In this document: positions 50,401 through 60,146 of the stretch, piece after piece
How the letters are laid out: every line of letters begins with the position of its first letter
How positions within the stretch are numbered: the first letter of the stretch is position 1
From: Glycera tridactyla
Taxonomy: Eukaryota
Direction of reading: 5' to 3'
Length of the DNA stretch: 64,000 bases
NCBI GenBank assembly: GCA_965644265.1
Contig: OZ286470.1
Span: 20,336,001 to 20,400,000, forward strand
Position numbers and translations under genes: made by a program
The notes under the pieces: generated by a model
Told to the model about the DNA's origin: nothing
The model's database searches: none
The model's input: only the letters and a program-made list of their open reading frames with translations

Positions 50401-53400
50401 GCAGGTACATTTCAGATCTACCTGCCCGCTTTTTAATTCAGCATGCCCCCATTGTATGTTCATTGCATTTATTATCATTTTTTACCTGTCCATCGGGCAG
50501 GTAGGTTTTAAATGCAACCTGTCCACCTTTCATCTCGTTGCACCCTGATATATCAACATAACAAGGCCACAGAGGGGCCATATACCCCGCACACGGGAGC
50601 ACAGTGGGTAACCCATATCGCACACGGGAGCACAGTGGGTAACCCATATCGGGAAAGGTCATTGAGATGTTTGGTTGGCTATGTAATAAGTCACTGGATC
50701 ACTGTGTAGAATAAGAAAATCTAACAGTAGCACCTGAAACCCTCACCTCGACCTATGACTTAGGGTCACATGCATTGTAAGGGAGGTGTTGTACCATTGC
50801 TTGATCATCCAAGATCAGTTTGATCTTTATCCAACAATGCTAGCCTGAGTTATTATGTGAGATGCGGAAATCTAAAAATAGCTTCTATGGCCTTGAACTT
50901 CGACCCAGGGTCACATGCATCGAATGGGAGATATCTCACCATTGGGTCATTACGTTGTGGGAGGTTGGTGCATATCAATAAATGCAAGCTTTAGCTGGAG
51001 TGTAAAATGAGAAGATTTACGAATAGCTCCTGTGACCTTGACCTTTGACCTAGGAACATATGCATCCAAAGGGAGGTGGCCCACCATTAGGTCATTACTT
51101 TGTGTGAGTTTGGTGCATATTCATCAAAGCTAGCTTGAGTTAGTGTAAAATGAGAAAATTTATAAATAGCTCCTGTGACCTTGACCTTTGACCTCGGGTC
51201 ACATGCATCAAAAGTGAGGTGGCCTACCATTAGGTCATTACTTTGTGTAAGTTTGGTGCATATCCATCAGAGCTCACTTGAGTTGGAGTGTAAAATGAGA
51301 AAATCTATAAATAGCTCGTGACCTTGACCTTTGACCTAGGGTCAGATGCATCGAAAGGGAGGTGGCCTACTATCGTGTCATTACTTTGTGTAAGTTTGGT
51401 GCATATCCATAAAAGTTAGCGTGAGTTAGAGTGTAAAATAAGAAAATCTATAAATAGCTCCTGTGACCTTGACCTTTGACCTTTGGGTACAAAAATCAAA
51501 TTCTGAAATACGATTTTTACATGATTACAGTTATGAAGTTTTATGAAAATTGGACCAGCCAATTCAAAGTTATTGCCTGAAATGTGAGCGGACGGACGGA
51601 CAGACGTACGGACGTACGTACATACGTACGTACGTACGGACGCCGGAGGTGAAACTATAATACCCCGCTTTTGAAAAAGCGGGGTATAAAAATGAAATAA
51701 GGAAAATGTCCACAAGAGAGAGAGGGGGGGGGGAGAGGGGAGAGGGAAGGAGGGGAGGGAGTGGGAGGGGAGAAGGAGGGGAGTGGGAGTGGGGAGGAGA
51801 GAGAGGGAGATGGAGGGAGGGAGGGGAGAAAGAGGGGGAGTGGGAGGGGAGGGGAGGGTATCGGGAGGGAGAGAGGGAGGGGNNNNNNNNNNNNNNNNNN
51901 NNNNNNNNNNNNNNNNNNNNNNNNNNNNNNNNNNNNNNNNNNNNNNNNNNNNNNNNNNNNNNNNNNNNNNNNNNNNNNNNNNNNNNNNNNNNNNNNNNNN
52001 NNNNNNNNNNNNNNNNNNNNNNNNNNNNNNNNNNNNNNNNNNNNNNNNNNNNNNNNNNNNNNNNNNNNNNNNNNNNNNNNNNNNNNNNNNNNNNNNNNNN
52101 NNNNNNNNNNNNNNNNNNNNNNNNNNNNNNNNNNNNNNNNNNNNNNNNNNNNNNNNNNNNNNNNNNNNNNNNNNNNNNNNNNNNNNNNNNNNNNNNNNNN
52201 NNNNNNNNNNNNNNNNNNNNNNNNNNNNNNNNNNNNNNNNNNNNNNNNNNNNNNNNNNNNNNNNNNNNNNNNNNNNNNNNNNNNNNNNNNNNNNNNNNNN
52301 NNNNNNNNNNNNNNNNNNNNNNNNNNNTTTGGCTGAAAATTCAATAGCAGCTTCAGCCAAATTTGCTACAGCAAAGATTGTTCCAGTGCTACAAAATCAC
52401 TCACCAGTCATCTGTGCCGATGTATAGATTCTTCCCACAGCATTCAATACAGGTTATCTACAGAGAAAGGGAGAAATGTCAATTGAGGCCAGCCACTGGG
52501 CTCCTCCATCATTGTGGGCGTTGTGATAAATCATTTGAAAAACACATTTCCACCTAAAAAATACTGTGTCAATGATGTATCACATCCTCTTGATCTTCCC
52601 ACAGGCTACCTCAGACTGGAACAAGGCATCAGTGATGCGGGTTCCCCCGCCAATGTGGGACTATGACAGTGAGCACCTCTGCTTCCTGAACTGCGCAGAA
52701 AAAATGTGTTGGTTTTCTTCATATGGGGTCGACAATGTGCATGCCATTATGGAGTGTTTCAAGTATGCCCATGGGCAGCCCAGCACTTGCCCAAGCCCAG
52801 AAAAAATGTGCCAGTGCACATTTGAACAATGAGAAAGATCAATAAGATAGGATTTGGTATTGTAACGCCACGTTTTTGAACATGTGACGTTTGTTAGAAT
52901 AACATGAACAATATAGGGATTTCTGGTAGCGGAATTCGCGGAATTCCTCTTTTGAGGCCCGCGGCACTAGTTTAACGCTACTAGATTGATATTTATTCCT
53001 TCCTACTCCAGAAGCATGAGATAGTTTCACTTCTATTGGTTGAAAAACAGTAGCAATCCTGTTAATTTTCTAATATTAGTTGTTTCACCTATCTGGTTGT
53101 CGGTGTGGCAACTAGAGTTCGAGTTACACGCAGTGGACTCCCCGTTCGCGGTGGGTGCCCAGCTTGCAGTGTTTCTAGGGTGAAACAGTAGAAATGCGAT
53201 ATCTTCATGAATAATGGACGTAGGAAGACCATATTTTTACACGATACGTATCTGTATTAGGGCTAAAGATATCCCGAAGATGGGAATTGTATCTTTTGAG
53301 GCAAAATTGTTAGTCCGTGGGATAGGCCGTTTATCGGACGGTTTTTTGCCAACATAGTTGATCACACAGTATAGTGAACGACTCCCTGAGCAGGAGGAGC

Positions 53401-56400
53401 TCGGAGTCGCGCAGGAGGAAAGTGATCTGCAATGTACATGCAATGTACATGTTTTCTCAGAAAATCTTCTGTAATCGATCTAGAAAAGTCTCGAGCGAAT
53501 ACTTTCGAGGTAGCTGACTTGGGGAGCTTGACATCGCTTCTCCCGCTCTTTTTTCCCGCTCTTTGCTGGCTCTTCAGGACGGATACATAAAAGTATTCCA
53601 GACAGGAGTTCTGGCACTTGGAAATTCTGTCCTGAAGAGTACGCACCGGAGCTGAGGGAGTCGGGAGCAGAGAACATCTTGCTTCTCCAGGATCGCTGCC
53701 TTGGAATAGAAACAATGGACTCCACTACACCGTCCTGAGCTCTACTACATCCAGTAAGTGTTCATGAGATTTAGAACTGTTTTAGGATCCTTTTAGGAGG
53801 CTTCATTAGGAGTCATTTTCCCCATTTGCCCAAATGGCCATTTTAAGTATCATGCCATTTCATGTCATCGGATCTTCCGTGTTTTGTATTGAATGTACCG
53901 TCTTTCGAACATACGTGGTCAAAATCTAGAATTTACATGTTTTTGGATGATTTTGGATCATTTTTGATGATAGGATTTTGTTCCATAAATGCCGTCCTGG
54001 TCCAAACAAGTAATTATTAATTCTCGCGGATATTGATAGTTCTATCTGTTTCTGTTAATTCCCTGTGCTGTTCCGGTGAATTTGGAACAAGTGGAACTGC
54101 GTGGAACTATGCCGTGTTCCTCCAGCATTGTTCCCGGTGCAGTACGCCTGTATGGGTGGAACAGGGCTATGCAGGAATTTGTAATATAGTATTTAACGCT
54201 TGGACTCACTGAATCCTCCGGGTGAGAGAAGCTGTGTGTATGAACTGCTAACACGTCTCAATATAGCTCTTACCGATCAGATTCTGATCATTTGTGTAAT
54301 ATATCGGATTTCTGTGTGAATTTGATGATTGAATCATTCAAAATTCAATCAAGACGCTTCCAGGAAACTCGATTTGGTGTGAATCGGTGCAGCCATAGTG
54401 GAGATATGAGTTCCGCAAAATCCTGATGACATCCTGAAGTTTTTCACATTTCACCTGCCCGTGGGCAGGCAATCACATGCCCAAATCCAGAATAAATGTG
54501 CCAGTGCACACCTACACATCAAGACGCTTCCAGGAAACTTGATTTGGTTTGAATCGGTGCAGCGGTTCCAGAGATACAGGTTCCGCAAAGTTGGCATGTG
54601 CGGACGGACACCGGACGGACAAGGGACGGACGGACGGACGGACGGACGGACGGACGGACGGACGGACGGACGGACGGACGGACGGACGGACGGACGGACG
54701 GACGGACAGACGCCCACTATTTTATAGTCCCCCTTTCGGTGTTCCGGCGGGGGACAATAAACATTCAGACTGGAATAAACATTCATTCTGATGCTGTTGA
54801 AAAGTGAAACTACAGTGAAACCTGCTTGAGTGTAAACCTGTGCTAGGCAAAATCCTGTGTCTTAAGCACATACCCCACGGTCTGCCCGGATGTTTTTTTC
54901 TCACTATAATTGTCCTGCGCTAAGCAAAATCCTATCTTAAGTGGAAGAAAAATTTGGTCCCATGACTTTTCACTTAAGACAGGTTTTACTGTATTTGCAT
55001 CAGATCATGCCTCAAAGCGAACTGTCAATCAGTCAATGACCTCCCATAATTGCAATACTTTCTCAAATCATTTGAACATAATCCAGCAGATCCAGCCCCA
55101 ACTGACGTAATGCATGTTACATCCTTATAGACCTCCCTGAATTGGCTAAAGCCAGAAAAGAGTAATAGCGAGCGCAGCGAGCGGCCGCGAAGCGGCCGCT
55201 CGCGTAGCGAGCTCTTATGACTACACGTACACGCAAAGAAATGAAAGAACACAGATGAATACAATCCAACAATCGTATCTACTGCTAACCTGCTAACTGA
55301 TGCAGACGAAAAGCATCGTCCTCCTCCATGCAAACCACATAGATCTGCTTCCGGTTCGTCAGCGAGACTATGCCTCTCGAATTTATTACTTAGATTCAAC
55401 CGTATGGCGTTATATATTCCGTGAAAAAATTGAATAATCCTCGATGACACGATTTTACAGGCTAGAATGCAAGAAATAGCGAAGATTTTGCGAGTCTCGC
55501 GAGTTCGAAAAGCGGCCGCCATCTTGAATAAATTATCGCCGGATACGGAGATTGCCGAACATCGGCGGAAACACCCGATCGTCACGCGCGACGAACGCCG
55601 GGTTTTGTCTGCCCGATGACCATGCCGCTTTTCATCCCACCCACAGACGGACGCACCGGCACTTGCCGGATTCCTCGGGAGGGACATTTCGTGTTTCTCC
55701 CCCCCCCCCCGAATATACCTAGCCAAGAGCAGAGCAGCTCCACCCCAACCTCCCTCACACCCCTCTTTTACCCACCCATCTATCCTTCCTCCCACCCATC
55801 CTTCCTCAGACCCACCCACCCTTCCATCCTTCCTGCCACCCACCCATCCATCCTTCCTGCCGCCCACCCATCCACCCACTCATCCATCCATCCTTCCTCC
55901 CACCCACCCATCCTTCCTCCCACCCACCAACCCTCCTTCCTCCCACACATCCTTCCTCAGACAAACCCACCCACACATCCATCCTTCCTCCCTCCCATCC
56001 ATCCTCCCTCCCACCCACCCACCCACCCATCCATCCTTCCTCCCACCCAACCATCCTTCCTCCCACCCAACCATCCATCCTTCTTCCCACCCATTCTTCC
56101 TCCCACCCATCCTTCATCCCACCCATCCTTCCTGCCACCCACCCATCCATCCTTCCTGCCGCCCACCCATCCACCCACTCATCCATCCATCCTTCCTCCC
56201 ACCCACCCATCCTTCCTCCCACCCACCAACCCTCCTTCCTCCCACACATCCTTCCTCAGACAAACCCACCCACACATCCATCCTTCCTCCCTCCCATCCA
56301 TCCTCCCTCCCACCCACCCACCCATCCATCCTTCCTCCCACCCAACCATCCTTCCTCCCACCCAACCATCCATCCTTCTTCCCACCCATTCTTCCTCCCA

Positions 56401-58273
56401 CCCATCCTTCATCCCACCCATCCTTCCTCCCACCCACCCACACACCCATCCTTCTTCCCACACCCACCCACCCATCCTTTCTCCCACCCACCCACCATCC
56501 TTCCTCCCACCCACCCACACACCCATCCTTCTTCCCACACCCACCCACCATCCTTCCTCCCACCCACCCACCCATCCTTCCTCCCACCCACCCACCCATC
56601 CTTCCTCCCACCCACCCACCCACTCACCCTTCCTCCCACCCACCCACCATCCTCCCAACCAATCAACCAACCTTCCACCCACCCACCCACCCTCCTTCCT
56701 CCCACACATCCTTCCTCAGACAAACCCACCCACACATCCATCCTTCCTCCCTCCCATCCATCCTCCCTCCCACCCACCCATCCTTCCCCCACCCAACCAT
56801 CCTTCCTCCCACTCAACCATCCATCCTTCTTCCCACCCATTCTTCCTCCCACCCATCCTTCATCCCACCCATCCTTCCTCCCACCCACCCACACACCCAT
56901 CCTTCTTCCCACACCCACCCACCCATCCTTCCTCCCACCCACCCACCATCCTTCCTCCCACCCACCCACACACCCATCCTTCTTCCCACACCCACCCACC
57001 CATCCTTCCTCCCACCCACCCACCCATCCTTCCTCCCACCCACCCACCCACTCATCCTTCCTCCCACCCACCCACCATCCTCCCAACCAATCAACCAACC
57101 TTCCACCCTTCCACCCTCCCACCCACCCGTCCACCCACTCACCCATCCTCCCAAACAACCAACCTTCCCCCCCCCAACACCCTCCACACCCATCCACTAC
57201 CACCCATCAGCCCTCCTACCCACCCACCCACCCTCCCATCCATCCACCCACCCACACCACCACCCACCCACACAACCACCCTCCTTCCCACACAACAAAC
57301 CAGCCTTCCACCCACCCACCCATACAACCACCCTCCCAGCCAGCCACCCACCCTTCCTTCATCACCCACCCACGACCCACACATCATTCACCCACCACAT
57401 ATACTCCCTCCCATCCACCCTTCCATCCACCAACCCTCCCACAAACTCACCCGCCACCATCCACCCGAACATCCACCCACCCACTACACACAAACCCACC
57501 CATCTTTCACCCACTCACCACACACACCCACCCACCCCAACACACAAACATGCACACATCAACCCACCACACATACACCCATCCACCACACACCTACCAA
57601 CACTATCAGAGCAGCACCTGCTTACTTCAATGTCAAACACCCACCACACACACTCCAACACACCACACACCCACCAACACTATCAAAGCGGCACCTAATG
57701 GGCAAGCCCACTTTAGGGTCAAAGTGGCGCAACACTATCAAAGCGGCACTTCATGGGCAAGCCAACTTTAGGGTCAGAGTGGCGCAGCACTATCAAAGCG
57801 GCAACTCACGGACATGCTTACTTCAATGTCAAAGTGGCACAACACTATCAAAGCGGCACCTCATGGGCAAGCCCACTTGAGGGTCAAAGTGGGGCAACAC
57901 TATCAAAGCTGCGCTCGCAAACATGGCGAAGCCATCATCATATTAACATAGCCTGAAATTCAGGCTGAATGATGTCCATGTTCCCTCAATTGATATGTGA
58001 TCAGGTGATCCCATGGAGATAGACTGGGATTCTCAATTTAAAGCTGATCATTGCGCACACTGACTTGTAGCAATTGTGAGAAACTCTTATCACAAGATGA
58101 AAATACTCTGACAGCTGTCAAATACTCTGGTGACAGGCACCGGCCCAGCAGCGTCCAGCATCACAGATGACCGAATTCCAATTTACTCGGTCTTTTATCT
58201 CACTTACCTGCGTCGCCTGCATCAATTTCAGCCGCTCAATGGCGGGAACCAGCTCGAATGCTTTCACTCCCAT
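29352..58273 (-). CDS. TGFBRAP1: Spliced gene: TGF-beta receptor-associated protein 1 / Vps3 (CORVET subunit; CNH, clathrin-repeat and C-terminal Zn-finger regions), 21 coding exons, 857 aa
   Basis: The 21 exons total 2574 nt (857 aa + stop) with consistent phases and all GT-AG introns. Colinear with human TGFBRAP1 (860 aa) from MGVKAFELV to [14 protein letters not shown]. Confidence 0.95.
29517..30141. mobile_element. Nested/adjacent TA-target MITEs with CAGT(A/G)AAACCTG-type ends; relative at 54813-54991
   Basis: Several TIR ends with TA flanks; CTTAAG and AAGCAGCCAC subrepeats. Confidence 0.6.
31227..31425. mobile_element. hAT-like MITE with ACTTGCCC subrepeats; similar elements near 50390-50530 and 63567-63706
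   Basis: Ends CTGGGCTTGACA / TGTCAAGCCCTG. Confidence 0.55.
31450..31640 (-). CDS. TGFBRAP1: TGFBRAP1 exon 20 ([11 protein letters not shown]...LGED)
   Basis: tttcag / GTAAGT. Confidence 0.93.
32155..32227 (-). CDS. TGFBRAP1: TGFBRAP1 exon 19 ([14 protein letters not shown]...DTNK)
   Basis: tttcag / GTAAGT. Confidence 0.9.
32923..33083 (-). CDS. TGFBRAP1: TGFBRAP1 exon 18 ([13 protein letters not shown]...DPSY)
   Basis: tttcag / GTAAGT. Confidence 0.93.
33640..33751 (-). CDS. TGFBRAP1: TGFBRAP1 exon 17 ([15 protein letters not shown]...LYSK)
   Basis: tttcag / GTGTGT. Confidence 0.9.
34552..34652 (-). CDS. TGFBRAP1: TGFBRAP1 exon 16 ([14 protein letters not shown]...HLA)
   Basis: tttcag / GTAACT. 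Confidence 0.92.
35242..35376 (-). CDS. TGFBRAP1: TGFBRAP1 exon 15 (VFTERPEDE...KKKSE)
   Basis: tcgcag / GTAAGG. Confidence 0.92.
35680..36037. mobile_element. Two adjacent MITE family 1 copies (35680-35857, 35860-36037) sharing one TA
   Basis: ...TTCGACTG TA CAGTCAAG... Confidence 0.8.
36353..36425 (-). CDS. TGFBRAP1: TGFBRAP1 exon 14 ([10 protein letters not shown]...VGVK)
   Basis: ttgcag / GTGGGT. Confidence 0.88.
37965..38033 (-). CDS. TGFBRAP1: TGFBRAP1 exon 13 ([10 protein letters not shown]...EVLA)
   Basis: ttccag / GTAAGT. Confidence 0.88.
38734..38927 (-). CDS. TGFBRAP1: TGFBRAP1 exon 12 ([12 protein letters not shown]...TIWS)
   Basis: attcag / GTAAGT. Confidence 0.95.
39754..40050 (-). 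CDS. TGFBRAP1: TGFBRAP1 exon 11 ([11 protein letters not shown]...DDARV)
   Basis: ttccag / GTAAGT (an in-frame weaker GT lies 3 nt earlier). Confidence 0.92.
40857..40952 (-). CDS. TGFBRAP1: TGFBRAP1 exon 10 ([10 protein letters not shown]...EKFAK)
   Basis: ctccag / GTATGT. Confidence 0.9.
41233..41701. mobile_element. hAT-like MITE with TTCCAG subrepeats
   Basis: TIR CAGGGTTCTCAC / GTGCGAACCCTG (11/12 match); no TSD seen. Confidence 0.55.
41718..42495 (+). mobile_element. Helentron/HINE-like family; relatives at ~23873-24965 and ~38080-38500
   Basis: GTGACT..TACCCCC at both ends; (CCGACCAA)n; 3' TATACCCCC..GGGGGTATA hairpin; internal AGAATCT..CAATGAA..AAAGCC block shared by all three copies. 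Confidence 0.65.
41804..41979. mobile_element. MITE family 1 copy nested in a Helentron-like element
   Basis: Family-1 internal sequence. Confidence 0.75.
42744..42901. mobile_element. MITE family 2 (CAGTGAAACCTGTC TIR, GAGACC-rich, TA target); relatives at 46912-47174 and 49341-49514
   Basis: TIRs, TA flanks, shared core CTATTTGACATAGTCAAATATACCTC. Confidence 0.8.
43096..43228 (-). CDS. TGFBRAP1: TGFBRAP1 exon 9 ([12 protein letters not shown]...IEKQ)
   Basis: ttgtag / GTGAGA. Confidence 0.93.
44429..44589 (-). CDS. TGFBRAP1: TGFBRAP1 exon 8 ([16 protein letters not shown]...FITVH)
   Basis: tttcag / GTCAGT; highly conserved segment. Confidence 0.95.
44600..44790. repeat. Old ~300-bp dispersed repeat; copies at ~1870-2120 (inverted), 23580-23820, 25560-25725, 26125-26360, 28060-28330, 32720-32885
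   Basis: Shared CATCAC.CTCAC..CCC..AA.ACAAGATGAT.GGGAACCTGAAAG.TTGTCAAG..GTAGCTGA.AGTTCAGACACACCTCTA. Confidence 0.7.
45549..45683 (-). CDS. TGFBRAP1: TGFBRAP1 exon 7 ([10 protein letters not shown]...NRISK)
   Basis: ttacag / GTAGGT. Confidence 0.9.
45972..46132. mobile_element. MITE family 1 copy
   Basis: TIR remnants, TA flanks. Confidence 0.75.
47499..47603 (-). CDS. TGFBRAP1: TGFBRAP1 exon 6 ([13 protein letters not shown]...ALTL)
   Basis: ttccag / GTCAGT. Confidence 0.9.
48333..48419 (-). CDS. TGFBRAP1: TGFBRAP1 exon 5 ([10 protein letters not shown]...PFSIE)
   Basis: tttcag / GTGAGT. Confidence 0.9.
49095..49193 (-). CDS. TGFBRAP1: TGFBRAP1 exon 4 ([15 protein letters not shown]...FDLE)
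   Basis: ttgcag / GTAGGT. Confidence 0.92.
50080..50173 (-). CDS. TGFBRAP1: TGFBRAP1 exon 3 ([10 protein letters not shown]...KYLAL)
   Basis: ttacag / GTGAGT. Confidence 0.9.
50706..51692 (+). mobile_element. Helentron/HINE-like (Pearl/DINE-1-type) non-autonomous element with ~145-bp tandem core
   Basis: About four units containing GACCTTGACCTTTGACC, then a GGAC/GTAC microsatellite, then a 13-bp-stem hairpin at 51660-51687. Confidence 0.75.
51716..51882. repeat. Polypurine (GGGA)-rich tract ending at a gap
   Basis: Direct inspection. Confidence 0.85.
52405..52457 (-). CDS. TGFBRAP1: TGFBRAP1 exon 2 ([17 protein letters not shown])
   Basis: ctgtag acceptor, TG|GTGAGT donor. Confidence 0.9.
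53110..54770 (+). mobile_element. Helentron/HINE-like element (5' limit uncertain)
   Basis: AACTAGAG start; duplicated TCAAGACGCTTCCAGGAAACT unit; (GGAC)n at ~54625-54705; GTCCCCC..GGGGGAC hairpin at ~54726-54756. Confidence 0.55.
55740..57670. repeat. Complex CCCA/CCTT/CCAT low-complexity array with higher-order duplications
   Basis: Repeated ~300-bp blocks (e.g. CACATCCTTCCTCAGACAAACCCACC three times). Confidence 0.9.
57675..57910. repeat. 55-bp tandem repeat, ~4.3 units (partial unit at ~57598)
   Basis: CA(A/G)CACTATCAAAGC at 57675, 57730, 57785, 57840, 57895. Confidence 0.9.
58208..58273 (-). CDS. TGFBRAP1: TGFBRAP1 exon 1 ([22 protein letters not shown])
   Basis: ATG 58273; donor CAG|GTAAGT. 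Confidence 0.85.
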
Positions 58274-58376
58274 CTTGAAATATCGATCTTTTTGGTACAA
58301 TCACGAGAAATCAAGCATATTTGACTTGTTATGGTCCCAAAATTGACATCTTGGGGCTCCTCCTATCTTCACCAAA

Positions 58377-58443
58377 CAGGAAGTGGCTAAAGTGAGCCAT
58401 CTGGTGGTTGACGGTGAATTCACCAATTAAGTGACATCTAGCG
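58377..58443 (-). promoter_or_regulatory. Putative TGFBRAP1 proximal promoter motifs: ETS site and two CTCF-like sites
   Basis: CAGGAAGT at 58377-58384; GCCATCTGGTGG (rc CCACCAGATGGC) at 58396-58407; GACATCTAGCG at 58433-58443; all 100-170 nt upstream of the ATG. Motif match only. Confidence 0.4.
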
Positions 58444-58789
58444 TATTCCAAGTTGGTGGTCGTGCTGGACAAGTGTGAATTTAGTGACATAGCTTAACTG
58501 ATTTGCTCACATCCATCTGTTTATGCCTAACCAAATCATCCTGATAACCAACCAATAGGACACATACCAACTAGAATCCAGCGAAAAATAACATATTTTG
58601 TTGGGACACAGAATGGAGAAACACCAGAGTTGAATAAATTTTGCAATTTATCATAATTAAAATGTTGCCACTAATGGCCACTAATGGCACTATGAACTGG
58701 GATTCTCTGTGGCGTTGGAACAGCACATTGCAAAATGAAAGTGCATTGCCGATGCATCACGGGAAAAAATGGTTCTGGGTTGCAAGGTA

Positions 58790-60146
58790 CAGTCGAACCT
58801 GTCTATAAAGACCACCTTCGGTCGCATTAAAAAGTGACATTTATAGGCAGTTGGTCTTTATAAAGATGCCATTTACTGTTGAAAATACTATCACGGTCGC
58901 AGCCTCCCGAACAACCTGCCACTGGACTCCATAGGCTGTGCAGGTCTGCAGAAGTATAAATACCTCAATCTCAACAAAAGTGGATGATGAGTGTGATTTA
59001 AATATTCAGGAGAATATTACATACACTGTACAGTTAGATATGAATATATGAGAAAATATTACGATTTGAACTAGCAAAATCGAAAAATGTTGCCCATCTT
59101 GCGAAGCAAAGATCAATCGCACAAATGTCACATTTTCCATTATGAGCACACACCCTGCTGAGGGCATCGTCATTTTCCATTGTGCCTAGCATTTCTCTAA
59201 GAATCTTCCATTCTTCATGAAAAAAACATACACAACTGTAAAATCAGGAGAATTTATGGAATGAAGAATGAAGGCCTGTTTTTGTCGCATAAAATAACAT
59301 TAGAAATACAGTCTAACCTCCTCTAAAGACCACCTCTCTATGAAGACCACCACCATATAAAGACCACCCGGAGCTGCGACTGTAGTAGTATTTTCAACAG
59401 TAAATGACCTCTCTATAAAGACTAGCTCCCTATAAAGACCACTTTTTGATGCGAGCAAAGGCGGTCTTTATAGAGAGGTTCAACTGTACATCAAGATTAC
59501 AACCGAGCCTGCTCGAAATACCGCCTCTCTATAAAGGTCACCTGCGTATTAAGGCCACCCTGAGGTGCGACCGTGATAGTATTTTCAACAGTGAATGACC
59601 TCTCTGCAACAGGCATCTGCCTATGAAGGCTACTTTTTTATGCAGGTATAGGTGGTCTTTATAGACAGGTTCGACTGTACATCCATTTCAAGGTTTTACA
59701 TGATGGCGTGGAATATTCGGCTATTCAGAATTTAAGGGAGGATTCAGGAGCGAGATACCACGACATCTTATTGAGACAGCCTTATGGCATTGTTCTGATA
59801 GACTCGCAAACAAAAAAGGAAATACGTGATATTCCTGTTAAGAAAACTATTTAACAAATTAAATTTCTCGATCAGCGCCTACACCGACACCCATTAGGGA
59901 CTTTCGAAGTACCGTAATTTTCGCTCGCCATTGTGTATAGCCCCGATCGACGGCTAATCTGCCAAATACAGTCGAACCTGCTCTAAAGACCACCTCTCTA
60001 TAAAGACCACCTGCCTATAAAGACCGCCCTGAGCTGCGACCGTGATAGTATTTTTAACAGTAAATGACCTCTCTATAAAGACCACCTGCCCATAAAGACC
60101 GCTTTTTGATGCAACCGAAGGCGGTCTTTATAGACAGGTTCGACTG
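58790..60146. mobile_element. Cluster of MITE family 1 copies (58790-58903 truncated, 59309-59486, 59500-59677, 59969-60146)
   Basis: TIRs with TA flanks. Confidence 0.8.

Noticed and set aside
55616-57880. 754-aa Pro/His-rich ORF and the antisense Gly/Trp-rich ORFs
   Set aside because: Artefacts of a stop-poor CCCA/CCTT microsatellite inside TGFBRAP1 intron 1
57675-57910. CRISPR-like look of the 55-bp array (constant plus variable part)
   Set aside because: The variable parts are related to each other, there are no cas genes and the context is eukaryotic; it is a minisatellite
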